A DNA stretch of 64,000 nt from Pseudomonadales bacterium (GTDB taxonomy: Bacteria; Pseudomonadota; Gammaproteobacteria; Pseudomonadales; UBA5518), in assembly GCA_022072145.1 (NCBI GenBank), contig JAJVIG010000002.1, positions 71,517 through 135,516 of the forward strand, given 5' to 3'. Below, one piece after another: positions 61,214 to 64,000 of the stretch (within the stretch, counting starts at the first letter, position 1; each line of letters begins with the position of its first letter). A program made the translations under genes and the position numbers. The notes below the pieces were generated by a model. It worked only from the letters and a program-made list of their open reading frames with translations. It was not told where the DNA came from and searched no databases.

Positions 61214-62641
61214 ATGAAACGACGCAATTTTCTCGGGGGGTCCGTTACGCTGCTCGGCTCCTCGCTGCTGGCCGGCTGCGATGCGGCCGATCGGGGCGCT
61301 GCGGGCAGCGCGGTGGCAGCTGGCGAAGCGGGCGCCGAGGCCCACGAAGCGGGCGCAACGCCGATAGCGAGCAGCGGCTGGACCGCACCGGGCGGTGTGC
61401 TGCCGGGTCATCCCCGGCTGCAGGGCGAGCTGGACGCCGCAGTGGTCGTGGTCGGTGCGGGCCTTGCGGGCAGTTCGCTGGCGCTGCACCTCGCAGAGGC
61501 CGGCGTCGACGTGATCGTGCTCGAGGCGCGCCAGCCGGGCTGGGGCGCCTCGGGGCGCAACGCCGGGCACGTGCTGCCGACGCTGAAGGACCGCAGTGTG
61601 TGCGAGCGCTTCCCGGACGGAGGCAAGGCATTTCTCGAGGTGTTCCGCGAGCACCACACCATCACTTTCGACCTCGCGCGCCGCCACGGCATCGATTGCG
61701 ACGCCACGCAGGCGGGCTATCTGCACGCGACCAACCGCGAGGGTGTGTTCGACACGCTGAAGGGCGCCTCGGTGTACTGGCGCGACGAACACGGGCAGCG
61801 CATCGAGTACCTCGCGGATGCCGATATGGAAGCGATGACCGGCTCGCGCTACTACACGCGCGGCGTGCTGTACCGTTCCGGCGGTCGCGTGAACCCGTAC
61901 CTGTTCACCAACGGCATGGTCGCCGCCGCGCGTGCGCGCGGTACGCGTGTCTTCGGCGACAGCGAGGCGCTCACGCTGTCGCGGGCCGGGACACGCTGGC
62001 GCGTTGCGACCGCGCATGGCACGGTGATCGCCGACCGCGTGGTGTTCTGCACCAACGCCTACCCGACCGCGATCGTCCCGCAGTTCACCGACAATTTCTA
62101 TCCGCTGACGGCCTACGCGATCTCGACCTGCCCGCTGTCGCCGGAGGCGCGCGCGCTGGTGATGCCCGGTGGCGCGACGCTGGCGCAGGAGCCGGTCGAC
62201 CTGAATCCGCTGGTGGTCGACCGCCACGGGCGCATCATCGTCTCGAGCATCCCGAGCGCGTCCCGCGCCGACGATGCGGCAGGCAGTTTCGCGCGCCACC
62301 TCGCGTGGATCCATCGCACCTGGCCGGAAACGCGCGAGATGGACATCCGCATGGACGATTACTGGACCGGGCGCGTGGCGCTGCGCGACGCCGAGTTTCC
62401 CGGCGTGTTCGACCTCGGGGACGGCGTGTTCGGGCTGATGCACTTCAATGCCTGGGGCAACCTGATGGCGCCGCTGCTCGGCATGCTGTTCGCAGGTGCG
62501 CTGGCCGCCGATCGCCTCGACCGTCTGCCGTTCCCGCTCGAGCAGCCGCGGCCGGTCGAGGATACGGGCAAGCAGCACCTGGTCATCCGGCGGCTGCTGA
62601 TCCCGGCCGCACGCCTCGCCCAGCGGATCGGGGTGATCTGA
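61214..62641 (+). CDS. FAD-dependent oxidoreductase (DAO family), Tat/lipoprotein signal
   Basis: It has the signal MKRRNFLGGSVTLLGSSLLAGC and the FAD fold VVVVGAGLAGSSLALHLAEAG...GASGRNAG. Confidence 0.85.
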   Translation: MKRRNFLGGSVTLLGSSLLAGCDAADRGAAGSAVAAGEAGAEAHEAGATPIASSGWTAPGGVLPGHPRLQGELDAAVVVVGAGLAGSSLALHLAEAGVDVIVLEARQPGWGASGRNAGHVLPTLKDRSVCERFPDGGKAFLEVFREHHTITFDLARRHGIDCDATQAGYLHATNREGVFDTLKGASVYWRDEHGQRIEYLADADMEAMTGSRYYTRGVLYRSGGRVNPYLFTNGMVAAARARGTRVFGDSEALTLSRAGTRWRVATAHGTVIADRVVFCTNAYPTAIVPQFTDNFYPLTAYAISTCPLSPEARALVMPGGATLAQEPVDLNPLVVDRHGRIIVSSIPSASRADDAAGSFARHLAWIHRTWPETREMDIRMDDYWTGRVALRDAEFPGVFDLGDGVFGLMHFNAWGNLMAPLLGMLFAGALAADRLDRLPFPLEQPRPVEDTGKQHLVIRRLLIPAARLAQRIGVI

Positions 62642-62659
62642 TCGGCCACCGCGCGGATT

Positions 62660-63316
62660 TCAGTACTCGATCTCGGGATCACCCACGCGCAGCGCTCCCA
62701 GGGCGCCTGTCTTGAGCATGCCGAGGATCATCTCGACCCGCCGGTCCAGCGGCCGCGGTTGCCGCAACAATTCGTTGCCGACGCAGGCGGTGGCGATGCC
62801 GATCACGAGCAGCAGCACGAGTTCGGACGCTTCGATCACCGGCACCGATTCGGGAATTTCACCGTGCGCCCGCGCGTGCCGCATGTCCGCGAGGATCTGC
62901 GCGTACGCCGCGTAGAACGCTTCGTTGTTGTTGTCCGCGAGCGCGGAGTAGTTCGTCCCCGTCTGCCGCCAGAACTCGAGGCGCACGCGCCACTCGTCCA
63001 GTACCTGCCCGGTGTAGGGCAGCAGGTGGCGCAGCCGTGCCTCCAGCGCCGCCAGACCACCGAGTGCACCTACCGCCCCCGCCACGCGCGCGAGGTAGGT
63101 TTCGTTGACCCAGCGGTTCGCAGCCTCGAGCAGTTCGGCCTTGCTACGGAAATAGTGTTCGACGAGCCCGCGTGAACACCCGGCGTGTTCCGCAACCACG
63201 CGCACCGAGATGCCTGCGAGACCCTCGCGGGCGATCAGTGCCGCGGTCGTCTCGATGATGTGGGTGCGTCGTTCGTGTGCCGTGTCGGCGACTTTGGGAA
63301 AGCGTGCACGTTGCAT
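62660..63316 (-). CDS. TetR-family transcriptional regulator
   Basis: Its HTH reads IIETTAALIAREGLAGISVRVVAEHAGCSRGLVEHYFRSKAELL. I chose ATG 63316, and the track ORF extends to 63460. Confidence 0.85.
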   Translation of the reverse strand: MQRARFPKVADTAHERRTHIIETTAALIAREGLAGISVRVVAEHAGCSRGLVEHYFRSKAELLEAANRWVNETYLARVAGAVGALGGLAALEARLRHLLPYTGQVLDEWRVRLEFWRQTGTNYSALADNNNEAFYAAYAQILADMRHARAHGEIPESVPVIEASELVLLLVIGIATACVGNELLRQPRPLDRRVEMILGMLKTGALGALRVGDPEIEY

Positions 63317-63396
63317 GCGGTATCGGACGGTCCTGTTGTCGTGCCGGGCGGCTTTCGGGGTTGCGCAAGAGGCTGCCAGTCTACGAAATGACAGCG

Positions 63397-63430
63397 GTCT
63401 TGCCAACAAGACAACTGTCTTGCATACAAG
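63397..63430. promoter_or_regulatory. two tandem palindromic operators in the tetR / TonB-receptor divergent region
   Basis: GTCTTG-CCAA-CAAGAC lies at 63397-63412 and GTCTTG-CATA-CAAG at 63417-63430. Their centres are 20 bp apart. Confidence 0.6.
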
Positions 63431-63490
63431 GCGGTCGTCATGTATCTTTGCACCCGACATCTACCGATAACGATTCGACGGAGCATCACG

Positions 63491-64000
63491 ATGATTGGAT
63501 CCAGCACTCGGGCACGACTTCTGGCAATCGCGATCTCGGCGGCAACAGCCGCCCTTGCTGCCCGGCACGCCAGCGCCCAGGAAGGCGCCGGTGGCCTCGA
63601 GGAGATCATCGTCACCGCCGAGCGCGTGGAGGCGTCCCTGCAGGAGACCCCGATCGCGCTCTCGGTCTTCGATGCCGGCACGCTCGACGCCCTCGGCGTG
63701 ATCGAGAGCGGTGATATCGCGGCCTACACGCCGAACCTGCGTATGGACAAGACCCCGGCCAGCCTGAACGCCTACGCGATCGGCATCCGCGGCGTGGCGT
63801 CGGCCGAGCCGTCGCTGGCGGTGGATCCCACGGTGGGGATCTACGTCGACGGGGTGTACCTCGGTCGCAGCTCGGCGGCCGCGTTCGAGGTCGTCGACCT
63901 CGAGCGCATCGAGGTGCTGCGTGGGCCGCAGGGAACACTGTACGGCCGCAACACCACCGGTGGCGCGGTGAATGTGGTCACCGCGAAGCCGCGGCGCGAG
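63491..64000 (+). CDS. TonB-dependent receptor, 5' part (runs off the window)
   Basis: It has the signal MIGSSTRARLLAIAISAATAALAARHASAQ and the plug EEIIVTAERVEASLQETPIALSVF...VGIYVDGVYLGR...IEVLRGPQGTLYGRNTTGG. Confidence 0.9.
   Translation, partial: MIGSSTRARLLAIAISAATAALAARHASAQEGAGGLEEIIVTAERVEASLQETPIALSVFDAGTLDALGVIESGDIAAYTPNLRMDKTPASLNAYAIGIRGVASAEPSLAVDPTVGIYVDGVYLGRSSAAAFEVVDLERIEVLRGPQGTLYGRNTTGGAVNVVTAKPRRE

Overview
The window is a 64-kb, very GC-rich (about 70% by eye) chromosomal segment from a Gram-negative proteobacterium. The gene content and GTAG-type REP repeats suggest a gammaproteobacterium of the Nevskiales/Xanthomonadales type, but the taxon cannot be proven from the sequence alone. 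I support about 50 protein genes and found no rRNA, tRNA, CRISPR, transposase, integrase or phage genes. In order along the window: (1) the 3' end of a hybrid histidine kinase, which carries a frameshift; (2) a tightly coupled seven-gene signalling operon encoding two hybrid PAS kinases, a bacteriohemerythrin, an HPt protein, a response regulator, an MBL-fold hydrolase and a lipoprotein; (3) housekeeping and accessory genes (PAP2 phosphatase, djlA, SDR and epimerase, yaiI); (4) RND efflux system 1; (5) a 1159-aa GltD-like/PyrK-like fused oxidoreductase, a PaaY-like protein, an M2 (ACE-like) peptidase and recQ; (6) a glutamine-synthetase-like ligase plus a class-III aminotransferase interrupted by an in-frame TAG; (7) an unusual ars island made of arsR, a 31-codon gapdh remnant, arsJ, an ArsP-like permease and a small thioredoxin-like protein; (8) a TetR-controlled RND efflux system 2; (9) a region rich in TonB-dependent receptors and SDRs, with gdhA; (10) two paralogous arylsulfatase + DUF3604 gene pairs around a TetR gene, followed by a decayed TonB receptor; (11) a translationally coupled operon of hemerythrin, DUF2249, an NnrS-like membrane protein and a LuxR regulator; (12) a Tat-exported FAD oxidoreductase, a TetR gene with tandem operators, and the start of another TonB receptor. 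Seven intergenic clusters of a GTAG-terminated two-hairpin REP element are present. Nine genes use the TAG of a REP terminus as their stop codon. Many long ORFs in the supplied track are antisense or out-of-frame artefacts of the high GC content and were not called.
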